Assembly: GCA_039584255.1 (NCBI GenBank)
Contig: JBDGYE010000009.1
Coordinates: forward strand, 2,279-66,278
DNA length: 64,000 bases
Direction: 5' to 3'
DNA from: Gemmatimonadota bacterium
GTDB lineage: Bacteria; Gemmatimonadota; Gemmatimonadetes; Palauibacterales; Palauibacteraceae
Positions 27,693 through 37,900 of the stretch are shown one piece after another (positions within the stretch are counted from its first letter, which is position 1; each line of letters opens with the position of its first letter). Below the pieces are notes generated by a model. It had not been told where the DNA came from and made no database searches. It saw only the letters and a list, made by a program, of their open reading frames with translations. The position numbers and the translations under genes were made by a program.

Positions 27693-29291
27693 ATGGCTAT
27701 GGGAACTAAGAGGCTGCTTGTAGCCGATCCGCTGGCCGAGGAAGGGATCCGGATCCTGGAGGAGGCCGGCGATCTACACGTCGAAGACTATTCCTCGCGC
27801 TCACGGGAGGAGCTCAAGCGCGGCCTGACAGGCGCCGCCGGGCTGATCGTCCGCAGCGGGACGCGAGCCGACGCGGAGCTGCTCGAAGGGGCCGACTCGC
27901 TGGAGGTGATCGGGAGGGCTGGCGTCGGTCTGGACAACATCGATGTCGAGGCGGCCACCCGCCTCGGAATTGCGGTCTTCAACGCTCCCGCCGGCAACAC
28001 CGTCTCAACCGCCGAACTCGCCTTCGCATTGCTCCTGTCGGTCGCCCGTAGGATTCCGGCCGCCGACAGATCGCTTCGCGATGGCCACTGGAATCGCAAA
28101 GGCTTCCGGGGAAGCCAGCTCGGCGGCAAGACCCTAGGAGTGATCGGAGCCGGACGCATCGGGACCGAGATCATCGCCCGCGCCCGGGCGTTCGGGATGA
28201 AGGTCCTGGTCAATGACCCCTATCTGATGCCGCAGCGAGCCGAAGATCTCGGGGCGGAGCTCCTGGCTCTCGAGGCCATGCTGCCGAGGTGCGAGTTCGT
28301 CACGCTCCACGTGCCGCTTACGGATGACACGCGCGATCTCATCGGCGCGGCGGAGCTCGCGCTTATGAAGCCTTCGGCGATGCTGGTCAACGCTGCCCGC
28401 GGAGGGATCGTCGATGAGGAGGCGCTCGCCGAGGCCCTCAATACCGGAGGACTGGCCGGAGCCGCCCTGGATGTCTTCGCGGTGGAGCCGCTTCCCGCGG
28501 ATCATCCGCTCCGCTCGGCGCCGGGCCTGGTCCTTACGCCGCACCTCGGCGCCCAGACGCCCGAGGCCCAGAGAGAAGTGGCGATCGAGATCGCTGCTTC
28601 GGTCCGGGACGCTCTCCTCCGCGGCGATTATCGAGCCGCCGTGAACGTACCGGCATTCGGCGCTACCGACCTCGAGCGCGTCGGACCTGTCCTCGACCTG
28701 GCCCGAAGGCTGGGCGTGCTGCTGGCCGTGATCACGGATGGCCGCAGCGGCCGCGTCGACGTCCGACTGGGCGGAGGTCTGGAGCGAGGCCTACCGCTGG
28801 TGGCGGCCGCTGCCATGGAGGGATACCTCCGACGCTCCCTGGCCGGCCCGCTGAACCTGATCAACTCGATGGTCCTGGCGGCAGAGCGGGGCATAGAGGT
28901 CACCCGTTCCCGTACCGGAAGTGTCACGGGGTACGCCGGTATCATCGAAGTTGGGGCATCGGAAGCCCATGGCGAGCTGGTAGTGGGAGCCCTGGAGGAC
29001 TATGACCATCCGCGCTTGCTGCGGATCGGCCGTTACCACGTCGACGTTGAGCCGCGGGGCGATATGCTCCTCGTTCGCAACCGCGATGTTCCCGGTGTGA
29101 TCGGCGACGTGGGAACCTTGATCGGCGATTCGGGCGTCAATATCGCAGAGTTCCATCAGGCTCGTGACACGGACACCGGAGAGGCGCTCGCGGTGCTCGT
29201 ACTGGACGAGTCGGTGCCTGCCGAGCTGCTGGAGGCTCTACGGGAGCTGCCCGCGGTCACCGACGCGCGTCAGGTTGCGCTAGGACGCTGA
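27693..29291 (+). CDS. serA: D-3-phosphoglycerate dehydrogenase (long form with ACT domain)
   Basis: NAD motif GVIGAGRIGTEI, catalytic NAARGGIVDE...TPHLGA, and a C-terminal ACT-like segment (LLVRNRDVPGVIGDVGTLIGDSGVNIAEF). Confidence 0.9.
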   Translation: MAMGTKRLLVADPLAEEGIRILEEAGDLHVEDYSSRSREELKRGLTGAAGLIVRSGTRADAELLEGADSLEVIGRAGVGLDNIDVEAATRLGIAVFNAPAGNTVSTAELAFALLLSVARRIPAADRSLRDGHWNRKGFRGSQLGGKTLGVIGAGRIGTEIIARARAFGMKVLVNDPYLMPQRAEDLGAELLALEAMLPRCEFVTLHVPLTDDTRDLIGAAELALMKPSAMLVNAARGGIVDEEALAEALNTGGLAGAALDVFAVEPLPADHPLRSAPGLVLTPHLGAQTPEAQREVAIEIAASVRDALLRGDYRAAVNVPAFGATDLERVGPVLDLARRLGVLLAVITDGRSGRVDVRLGGGLERGLPLVAAAAMEGYLRRSLAGPLNLINSMVLAAERGIEVTRSRTGSVTGYAGIIEVGASEAHGELVVGALEDYDHPRLLRIGRYHVDVEPRGDMLLVRNRDVPGVIGDVGTLIGDSGVNIAEFHQARDTDTGEALAVLVLDESVPAELLEALRELPAVTDARQVALGR

Positions 29292-29329
29292 CCCGGCGCC
29301 GGCCCCCGCTCACCGGCCCCGCTTCCGAC

Positions 29330-30787
29330 TCAGTAGGTTGTCATGCCGGGGTCGATCCGCAGGGCCCACTCGTTGATGCCGCCCCTGAGATTCACCGCGC
29401 CACCGATTCCTGCGTTCCGCAGCATGCCGACCGCGATGGCACTACGGTGGCCGGTGCGGCAGTACACGACGAGCTCCGCCTCTGGATCCAGCTCGTCCAC
29501 GTGGGAGAACAGCTGCCCCAGCGGAATCAGTCTCGCGCCGGCGAAGCCCAGGTTGCTGATGGACCACTCGTGCGTCTCCCGAACATCGAGCAGCTCGAGC
29601 CGCTGCCCAGTGTCCAGGCGGGCCTTGAGCTCCGCGACGTCGATCTCCGGGACCGGTGGAAGGACTGACTCCGTCCCGGCTGCCTCCCCGCGCACACCGC
29701 AGAACTCTTCGTAGTCGATGAGTCGGGTGATCGACGGGTTGTCTCCACAGACCGCGCACTCCGGATCCCGGCTCACGTCCACCGCCCGGAACTCCATGCT
29801 CCGCGCATCGACGAGCAGGAGCCGGCCCACCAGAGGCTCGCCGATTCCCAGGATGAGCTTCATGGCCTCTGTGGCCTGAATCGTTCCGACGAGACCCGGC
29901 AGGACTCCCAGCACCCCCGCTTCGGCGCAGCTCGGTACCATCTCCGGTGGCGGCGGGTCTCGGAACAGACATCTGTAGCACGGTCCTTCGCGGTGGGCGA
30001 AAACGGAGGCCTGTCCCTCGTACCGGAAGACGGCTCCGAAGACGCAGGGGATGCCCAGCAGAACGCATGCGTCATTGATCAGGTACCGGGTCGGGAAGTT
30101 ATCGCTGCCGTCCAGAACCAGATCCCAGCCTGACAGGATACTCAGGGCATTACCCGAATCGAGCCGAGCCTCCAGCGCGACGATCTCGACGTCCGGGTTC
30201 AGGCTCCCGAGCCGCTGGAGCGCGGACTCTGCCTTCGGCACCCCCGTGGAAGGCGTATCGTGAAGTATCTGGCGGTGGAGATTGGAGAGTTCCACCCGGT
30301 CTGAATCAACGATGCCTATCCGTCCGACACCGGCCGCGGCCAGGTACAGCGCCGCCGGAGAGCCCAGCCCGCCGGCGCCGGCAACGAGCACTCCCGATTC
30401 CCGCAGGCGCTTCTGCCCTTCGACCCCTATTCCCGGCAGGATGAGCTGCCGGTGATAGCGCAGCGCCTCCTCGGGCGTCAGCTCGGTCGGGCGGCCCCCC
30501 CCTTCATCCGATCCGCCAGCGATGGATGGGACGATGGTTAGAACGGCCGGATCGTCGATGCGGCGCTCGACCTCGTCGAGGCCGCGCACGTCGCGGCCGT
30601 CCAGATAGAGGTTCACGAAGCCGCGGACGTGACCGTCGTCGGCGAACAGCCGGCCACCGAGCAGCGGCTCCTCCTCCGATATCCGCTTCAACGCCTCCTC
30701 GACGGAGCTGGCCTCGACCTCCAGCTCCTGCCGGCCGTCCACGAGCTCCCGCAGGGGGGTGGGGACCTGAACCGTTACCCGTGCCAT
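29330..30787 (-). CDS. tri-domain fusion: ThiS/MoaD-like ubiquitin-fold domain (ends ...IAGG) + MoeB/ThiF E1-like adenylyltransferase + rhodanese (MoeZ-like)
   Basis: Residues 1-92 (30512-30787) look like a MoaD/CysO beta-grasp ending VLTIVPSIAGG. The E1 domain follows (RYHRQLILPGIGVEGQ, VAGAGGLGSPAALYLAAAGVG, CYRC...ECAVCG zinc motifs, SCAEAGVLG). A C-terminal rhodanese carries the active-site loop YCRTGHRS. Confidence 0.85.
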   Translation of the reverse strand: MARVTVQVPTPLRELVDGRQELEVEASSVEEALKRISEEEPLLGGRLFADDGHVRGFVNLYLDGRDVRGLDEVERRIDDPAVLTIVPSIAGGSDEGGGRPTELTPEEALRYHRQLILPGIGVEGQKRLRESGVLVAGAGGLGSPAALYLAAAGVGRIGIVDSDRVELSNLHRQILHDTPSTGVPKAESALQRLGSLNPDVEIVALEARLDSGNALSILSGWDLVLDGSDNFPTRYLINDACVLLGIPCVFGAVFRYEGQASVFAHREGPCYRCLFRDPPPPEMVPSCAEAGVLGVLPGLVGTIQATEAMKLILGIGEPLVGRLLLVDARSMEFRAVDVSRDPECAVCGDNPSITRLIDYEEFCGVRGEAAGTESVLPPVPEIDVAELKARLDTGQRLELLDVRETHEWSISNLGFAGARLIPLGQLFSHVDELDPEAELVVYCRTGHRSAIAVGMLRNAGIGGAVNLRGGINEWALRIDPGMTTY

Positions 30788-30835
30788 TCGCCTTCCTCGA
30801 ACCCGCCGCTGCTGTCGGTCTCCCGCGTTCCGGCT

Positions 30836-31252
30836 CTACCCCGCCGCACTCGCTGTGTGCACGTTCCGAGGCGACCACTCCCCGACGCCGAGCAACCCCT
30901 TCCCGTCGATAGCCACAATCAGATAGTGGTAGCCCGGCCAGGCGAGCCTCCGATCCGTTCGAGAGGGAGAGGGACGACCGTCGGGATGTGAGTGGAAGAA
31001 TCCCAGGAGAGCTGCCTCGCCGGAACGCTCGCGCCGCATCAGCCGGCATACGTCCTCCGGGTCGAGCCGATAAGAGCGGCGCCTGTCGAGCGCGGCGTTG
31101 GGCAGCGGCTTGGCATCGGTAACCACAGCCGCCGCGCCGCTCTCGATCCCGAGCAGCGCCCCGCAGGCCTCCTCGGGGTAGGCCCCTTCGCAATGGGCCG
31201 TCAGCCGATCCCAGGCGTCCGCAGCGAAGGCCAGGGCCCCGAAGGCCCGCAC
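30836..31252 (-). CDS. JAMM/MPN+ (Mov34) metalloprotease
   Basis: Complete JAMM signature: EEACG, then HSHPDGRPSPSRTD (HxHx7Sx2D). GTG 31252 follows the rpe stop by one base. The longer ORF overlaps rpe. Confidence 0.85.
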   Translation of the reverse strand: MRAFGALAFAADAWDRLTAHCEGAYPEEACGALLGIESGAAAVVTDAKPLPNAALDRRRSYRLDPEDVCRLMRRERSGEAALLGFFHSHPDGRPSPSRTDRRLAWPGYHYLIVAIDGKGLLGVGEWSPRNVHTASAAG

Positions 31253-31253
31253 C

Positions 31254-31928
31254 TCAGGCTTCGACGGCAAGCGACTTCCTGATCGCCTCGTAGTTCTCGC
31301 CGATGGTTCCAGGCCCCCGGAACACCGACGAGCCCGCGACCAGCACATCGGCTCCGGCCCGAGCGGCCGCGCGGACGTTGTCGGGACCGATTCCCCCGTC
31401 CACCTCCACGTGGAGCTTCTCGATTCCCATCTCAGCCTGCATTTCCCGCACACGCCGCACCTTCGTCAGGACCTCGGGAATGAAAGCCTGGCCGCCGAAG
31501 CCCGGGTTCACGGTCATGCAGAGCACGAGATCGATTGCCGGGAGCATCTCGCGCAACGTCTCGGGCGCAGTAGACGGGTTGAGCGCCACGCCGACCTTGC
31601 AGCCCATGCGCCGGATCTCGTGGATGTCCCGATGCAGGTGCCAGGCGACTTCCTGATGGATCGTGATCAGGTCCGCGCCCGCTTCTGCGAAGGGCTCCAG
31701 GAACTGCGCCGGGTTGTCGATCATCAGATGGACGTCCAGGAACGAGGCGGACACCGCGCGCAGCGACTTCAGGACAGGTATCCCGATGCTGAGGTTTGGA
31801 ACGAAGTGGCCGTCCATGACGTCTACGTGGAACCACCTCGCGCCTGCCTCCTCGGCCTCTCCTACCTGCTCGCCGAGGCGGGCGTAGTCCGCCGCCAGGA
31901 TCGACGGGGCAACCACGTACGGAACCAT
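31254..31928 (-). CDS. rpe: ribulose-phosphate 3-epimerase
   Basis: From ATG 31928: MVPYVVAPSILAADYARLGE...FHVDVMDGHFVPNLS...MTVNPGFGGQAF. The start overlaps the kbl stop (ATGA). Confidence 0.9.
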   Translation of the reverse strand: MVPYVVAPSILAADYARLGEQVGEAEEAGARWFHVDVMDGHFVPNLSIGIPVLKSLRAVSASFLDVHLMIDNPAQFLEPFAEAGADLITIHQEVAWHLHRDIHEIRRMGCKVGVALNPSTAPETLREMLPAIDLVLCMTVNPGFGGQAFIPEVLTKVRRVREMQAEMGIEKLHVEVDGGIGPDNVRAAARAGADVLVAGSSVFRGPGTIGENYEAIRKSLAVEA

Positions 31929-33154
31929 CAGATCACCCCCAGCCTCTTGCCCACCTTCTCGAGCGCCCCGAGCGTCCTGTCCAGGTGCTCGCGCTCGTGG
32001 GCAGCGGAGATCTGGCACCGGATCCGGGCCACACCCTTGGGCACGACCGGGAAGCCGAAGCCGATGACGAAGACGCCTTCCTCCAGCAGCTCGCGGCTCA
32101 TCCGGATGGCGTCTGACGTCTCGCCGATGATCACGGGGACGATCGGCGTGTCGCCCTCTATAGGGTCGAAACCTAACGCTGTCAGCTGGTTCCGGAAGTA
32201 GGCCGTGTTCTCCCGGAGTTTCGTGACCCTCTCCGGATGTGCCTCGAGGTAGTCGATCGCCGCGAGGGCGCCACATGCGGAATGAGGCGGAACGGCGTTG
32301 GTGAACAGCTGGGTCCGGGACCGCTGCACCAGATAGTCCACGACTGGCCGCGAGCTGGCAGTGAAGCCTCCGGCCATGCCGCCGAGCGCCTTTCCAAGCG
32401 TCGAGGTTATGATGTCCACCTCACCGTGCATGCCGTAGTGCTCCGGCGTTCCGCGGCCTGTGTCGCCCAGCACGCCCGTGGCGTGGGAGTCGTCGACGAC
32501 CATGATCGCGTCGTAGCGGTTGCATAGCCGGCGGATCTCGGGAAGCGGCGCGATCTCGCCTTCCATGCTGAACACGCCGTCAGTGATGACGAACCGATGA
32601 CGCGCCCCCTTCGTCGTTCTCAGCACCTCTTCCAGTGAGTCCATGTCCATGTGCCTGTAAATGTGCCGCCCGGCCTTGCACAACCGGATGCCATCGATGA
32701 TCGAGGCGTGGTTCAGTTCATCGCTGATGAGAGCATCGTCGTCGGTCAGGAGCGGAGCGAACAGGCCCTCGTTGGCGTTCCAGCACGAGGTGTAGGTGAT
32801 CGACGCCTCGGTCTCCAGGAAGTCCGCGATCCGGTCTTCAAGCTCGCGGTGAACGTCCCACGTGCCGCATATGAAGCGTACCGAGGAGGTCCCGGCTCCG
32901 TACTTGGAGGCCCCCTGCCGAACGGCCTCCACTACATCCGGCACATCGCACAGACCGAGGTAGTTGTTGGAGCACAGGTTCACCGTTTCGCCGAACTCCT
33001 CCAACTGGACCACGGCGCCCTGCATTCCCTGTATGTGCAGGAGAACCTTGTAGACACCCTGGTCCTGCATCTCCCGAAGCTCCGACGCGAGCCTCCGGTT
33101 CAACCCCGCGTTGACGGCGCTGCCGGCGACATCGCTCTCCTGGTAGAGGACCAT
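31928..33154 (-). CDS. kbl: glycine C-acetyltransferase (2-amino-3-ketobutyrate CoA ligase) / alpha-oxoamine synthase family
   Basis: CSNNYLGL, DELNHASIIDG, DDSHATGV, and the PLP-lysine region TSTLGKALGG. Confidence 0.85.
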   Translation of the reverse strand: MVLYQESDVAGSAVNAGLNRRLASELREMQDQGVYKVLLHIQGMQGAVVQLEEFGETVNLCSNNYLGLCDVPDVVEAVRQGASKYGAGTSSVRFICGTWDVHRELEDRIADFLETEASITYTSCWNANEGLFAPLLTDDDALISDELNHASIIDGIRLCKAGRHIYRHMDMDSLEEVLRTTKGARHRFVITDGVFSMEGEIAPLPEIRRLCNRYDAIMVVDDSHATGVLGDTGRGTPEHYGMHGEVDIITSTLGKALGGMAGGFTASSRPVVDYLVQRSRTQLFTNAVPPHSACGALAAIDYLEAHPERVTKLRENTAYFRNQLTALGFDPIEGDTPIVPVIIGETSDAIRMSRELLEEGVFVIGFGFPVVPKGVARIRCQISAAHEREHLDRTLGALEKVGKRLGVI

Positions 33155-33214
33155 TCACCTCCTCCGATCGTTGTATGCATCCCCGGTCGATGGGTCCGGG
33201 TCCCGAAGAAGATC

Positions 33215-33886
33215 TCAGTAGTACTCCTCGGCGGACAGGTCCGAGATCGCCATCTCATCCACCTCGATCACGGGTCGCGAGCCATAGGAGCCGCACAGCG
33301 TGAAGCCTCTGAGGGTCCCCCGCACGCGCACGAGCCGGTCGGTGCCCTCGACGGAACCGAGGTCCGGAGAAGCCCCCCTCAGCGCGAACGGACGTTGATT
33401 GCGCAACCAGCCCGGGCCGAAGAGAACGCAGCCGCCGACCTGGGCTACAGTCCCTTCGCCGAGAGCGCGCATCGGTGAAAATGCGCCCGAATCCACGGCA
33501 ACGATGCCTCCCAAGGCCCGTCCCTCGGCCGTCCGCACCGGATAGCGTCCCGGACTCTCGACTCGCAGCGGCCTCGCCTCGTAGAAGCTGACCGGACTGC
33601 CCGAGCACATGGTCTCGTAGACGCTGCGTCGGGCCGAGAGATGGATGACGGTGTCTCTCAGCTCGATGATCGCGGTGTCCAATCGGCCGCATGCGTCCGG
33701 AGCCACAGGCCCGGCGAACTCGAAAGAAAAAAGCTCGCCGACGACTACCGTCTCTGGGTACGCGGCCCACGTGACGAGTGCCGGACCCTCCGTAGGCTCT
33801 CCTATCCGCCAGCAGGCGCCGAGCAGAAGGAGCCCCGCCGTCGCAATCGCGGTTCTCGTGCTCACGGCATTATCCTCGGGCCTCAC
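33215..33886 (-). CDS. hypothetical lipoprotein
   Basis: Signal peptide with lipobox LLLLGAC|W. The 223-aa ORF has ordinary composition and no recognised family. Confidence 0.45.
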   Translation of the reverse strand: MRPEDNAVSTRTAIATAGLLLLGACWRIGEPTEGPALVTWAAYPETVVVGELFSFEFAGPVAPDACGRLDTAIIELRDTVIHLSARRSVYETMCSGSPVSFYEARPLRVESPGRYPVRTAEGRALGGIVAVDSGAFSPMRALGEGTVAQVGGCVLFGPGWLRNQRPFALRGASPDLGSVEGTDRLVRVRGTLRGFTLCGSYGSRPVIEVDEMAISDLSAEEYY

Positions 33887-34109
33887 CTCGACGGGGGAGA
33901 ATCGCTAGTTGGGGCTCCGATACGGCGTCACATCGGCGGACCCAGCCGGCGCCGCGGGCGCAATCTGCTCCGCCTGAGAGATGGGTGCAAGCGGGAACCT
34001 CTCCGCCTCTGGAGAGATAACAGGAGGTGTGAGATGCCGGCTCGGCCGGGCGGTCGCGAGGGGATCCTGCGCGCCTGGTTGCCGGCGATCAGGGGCGGAC
34101 GTGGAGTCA

Positions 34110-34805
34110 ATGGAAGAGAGCGCCGGATACGCGTCATCTGCCGAGCACAACGTGCGTCGGCACCAGACCGCGATGCGCTGGGGGCTACTGGTCTCCGTCG
34201 GATTGCATGCGGCCGTGTTCCTGTTGTGGCGCTCCGACCTGCAGCCGCTTCCGGGCACCGTAGCGGCGGGACTGCGATCCGGAGACGCCTTCGCCGCCGC
34301 CGCCGGCGTCATGGAGGCCATCGCACTGATGCCACCGAGGGAGATCCTGATCCCGCCTCCGCCGGAGCCCGTGCCGGATCTGGACGCTCCCGAGGTTCGG
34401 ACGGAGATTCCCCAGGAGCGCGAGCTGACGGCCAGCTTCGCCGACCTCACTGGAGGGGCTACGTTCATCGGCGAGCGCGTCGGCCCGGGGCTTCCGGACG
34501 CCAGCGGGAGGGGTGACGGCGGAGTCGAGACGGAAGGGCGATTCAGACTGACGGCTCCCGAGCCCCGCTCGATCATTCCCGAGTGGGACCCCCCCGGCGA
34601 AGTGAAGGGCATGCAGGTGATGGTCCGCGTGCTCGTGGATCGGTTCGGAGAACCCACCGGAGAGGTGGAGCTGCGCCCCCGGACGCCGAACGCGAGATTC
34701 AATCGGCGTCTCATAGAAAAAGTCCTCCAGATGGACTACAGGCCCGCGCGCGATCGCCTCGGATCTCCGGTCTCGGCGTGGGCGGAGATGACCTTCGTCT
34801 TCTGA
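34110..34805 (+). CDS. TonB-like energy transducer
   Basis: From ATG 34110 there is a cytoplasmic N-terminus, a TM helix (WGLLVSVGLHAAVFLLW), the Pro-rich spacer IPPPPEPVPDLDAPEV, and a C-terminal TonB_C-like segment (VMVRVLVDRFGEPTGEVEL...YRPARDRLGSPVSAWAEMTFVF). Confidence 0.6.
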   Translation: MEESAGYASSAEHNVRRHQTAMRWGLLVSVGLHAAVFLLWRSDLQPLPGTVAAGLRSGDAFAAAAGVMEAIALMPPREILIPPPPEPVPDLDAPEVRTEIPQERELTASFADLTGGATFIGERVGPGLPDASGRGDGGVETEGRFRLTAPEPRSIIPEWDPPGEVKGMQVMVRVLVDRFGEPTGEVELRPRTPNARFNRRLIEKVLQMDYRPARDRLGSPVSAWAEMTFVF

Positions 34806-34967
34806 TCCGCCGGGGTGACCGCCCCCCTTCTCACATCATCGGCCGGTCGTCCTCCTCTGCCCACGAGCGGCGCGCCGAGACTCCCCGTCCCTGGCCTCCT
34901 CATTCTACTTTTGCCCGTGCCGACGCGTTCTCTATATTGCGACGCCCATGACACCGGCCCACTCCGA

Positions 34968-37900
34968 ATGGTAAGCACTTCGTGCAGGCTTGCCCCGCAT
35001 GTTGCGCGCACGCGGACCGCGCTCGGCCTCCTGTGGCTGGCGGCGCTCCTGTCCTCTCACGCTGCGCTGCGGGCGCAGGACGTGGATCCGCCGATCGCGC
35101 CTGACAGCGCCGCGCCGCCGCCCGACACTGCGGGCGTGACCAGCGCGGCCGATTCGGCGGCCGTTGCCGACACCTTCCTCTCCGTGGTTCGGTCACTGGA
35201 CCTGGGCATGTCGCGCGTTCCACTACCTTGGGAGACGGAGCTCCGGGTCGCCGAGCGATTCGAAAGGCAGCCCTGGGATCAGCCCGGTCTCAGCGCGGCC
35301 GATTGGTCGGTGCGAAAAGAGGAACGGCGGCGCGCGACGCTGGCCGCGAGACGCGACACGCTATGGTGGTCGAGCCTGGCTCTGGAAAAGCTTCCTCCGG
35401 GCTTCGACGTGCGCCGGTTCCTGAGGGCGACCGAAGCGCCGGCGGAGCCTGACAGTGTTCTCCAGCGGATGGCGCGGGAGCGGAGGATCGAGATCCTCCC
35501 TGATGCACTCGAGCGCTACGCCGACCTCCTCCTCCACGTGGACGGCAACGGGCAGATCACCTCCCGCTGGGAGAACTTCGAGCCATGCACGATCAATATC
35601 GGCCAGGCCTGTAACTCGGGAGCCGTCCCCACCATCGCTCCGGAGTTCCAGATTCGGGCAATCGCGCAGGGGACCATCTCTGAGCGGGTCCACGTCAACG
35701 TGGATTTCGATCAGACCCGCGAGTTCAACGCCACCAACGACCTCAACGTCTTCTATCGGGGCAAGGCCGACGAGATTCTCGAGTTCGTCGAGCTGGGGCA
35801 GGTCACGCTTCCTCTTCCGCGCTCCCGCTTCATCTCGAGGGGTGTTCCCGCGGGCAACTTCGGGATTCGCGGCGATGCCAGGTTCGGCCCGTTCACCATG
35901 CGGGGTGTGCTGGCGAACCAGGACGGCAACGTCCTCGACCGGACGGTTACGCTGGACGTCGGCGGGACCGAGCAGGGCGTGCTGCAGGACCTGGAGACGA
36001 TCCTCGACGATGCCACCTACCAGACAGGACAGTTCTTCTTCATCGTCGATCCTCGCGAGCTGGGGGGGTACCCGGTCATCGACGTCCTCAATCTGCAGGG
36101 CGGCGAGGTCGGGGACACGCTGCGACCCACATCCGCCATCAAGCTATACAGGCACGAGGTAACGGTCGGGCAGCAGCCCGTGAACGTCGAGTCCGGCGTC
36201 ATCCAGGCCCGGGCGGTGGCGCTCAGGCCGGAGAACGCCGACCCGACCCTGCCCGACAGCGCCCAGTTCCAGGGCTTCTTCCGGCCGCTGGTGGAAGGCG
36301 AGGACTACATCGTACACCGCAGCGGCCTGTGGGCCGCGATTCGATCGCGGGTCCAGCGCGACGAGGCGCTGGCGGTCACCTACGTTGCCCAGAGCGGTGA
36401 CACCGTTGGCGACTTCAACGCCGAGGAAATCTTCCGCCAGCTCACCAACACGGGGCAGGGCGAGCTGCCGAGGCTGATCCTGCTCAAGGACGCGGAGACG
36501 CACCGCCCCGGCGGCGTGACCTGGGAGCGCGAGATGCACCAGATCTACCGCATCAGCAGCTCGGACGACGTGGAGTCCGGCAGCATCGAGCTGGTGATCT
36601 CTCAGGGACCCGTCGAGTCCGGGCCCGTGGTGCGATCGTTCCAGGGCGAGGAGTACACCTTCCTGGAGATCTTCGGCGTCGATGACCAGCCCCGGGACGA
36701 TCTGGTCGACGTCGCTCGCATCTGGCGTCCAAGCGTTGCCGGCGAGTTCGCCGGAAGCAGCGTGTTGTCGGGAAGCTATCTGGTCTTTCCCGCGCTGGAG
36801 CCGTTCAAGGATCCACCGCCCATCAAGAGCGACCGCGTTCCCGCCCTCGAGGGCCAGCCGTTCCCGCTCACCGACGGCGACCGGAACTTCTCGATCTATG
36901 ACGAGCCCATCGATCAGACTCGGCTGACGAGCTTCCGATACCGCCTCAACTTCAACTACCGGGCGCGCTCGACAGGTCTCCAGAACTCGTTCTCGTTAGG
37001 CGCCATCGGAATCCGCCGGGGCAGCGAGAGGGTACTCCTCAACGGCCGCGAGCTCGTATTCGGCGAGGACTACACGGTCGACTACGACATCGGCCAGATC
37101 ACCCTGCTCAGGACCGCCGACCTGCTGGCAGGAGCCACCGATGCCGACCTGCAGGTCCGCTTCGAGCAAAAGCCGCTCTTCCAAGTGGGCTCGAAGAGCG
37201 TGCTCGGGCTGACGGGCGAGTACAGCCTCGGCAGGCTGGGCAGCGTGGACCTCATAGGCCTGTTTCAGAAACAGGGGACGGTTCTGAACCGGCCCGAGCT
37301 GGGCCTCGAGCCGAGCGGAATCAGCCTTGGCGGGGCCGTGGCCAACCTGGACTTCGGCTCGTCCGCCCTGGACAACTTCGTCAACAGCCTCCCGGGGGTG
37401 AACACCGACGCCGAGTCACGGATCCGGTTCAGCGGCGAACTCACCGGCTCCAACCCGACGACGAACCGCGTAGGCACCACTTGGGTGGACGACTTCGAGG
37501 CCTCGGGGGGTCTCAGGCTGAGCCTGGCGACCCGCGCCTGGAGACACGGCTCAGTCGTATCGCGTCCCGACATCGACGGCACGGGCGACTACCTGCCGGA
37601 AGTCCCCGACGTGACCAACCAGTTGACGACGGTCTGGCAGTCACAGTGGGACGACGGCACCAACATCCTCGGCTCGCTGCTCATCAGCCAGATCGATCCG
37701 CAGCTCAACGTGCTGAACCCGGGCACGAGGGAGAACGTGCTGTGGATCACACTGTCCGACCCGCCGGCGACGGGAGAAAATGGATGGTTCACCCTGACAA
37801 ACGTTCTTTCTCAGAGCGGCATCGACCTCACGACCACGGAGTTCCTCGAGTTCTACGCCAGCACGTTGGACGACACCGACGAGAGCATAGCTCTGATCAT

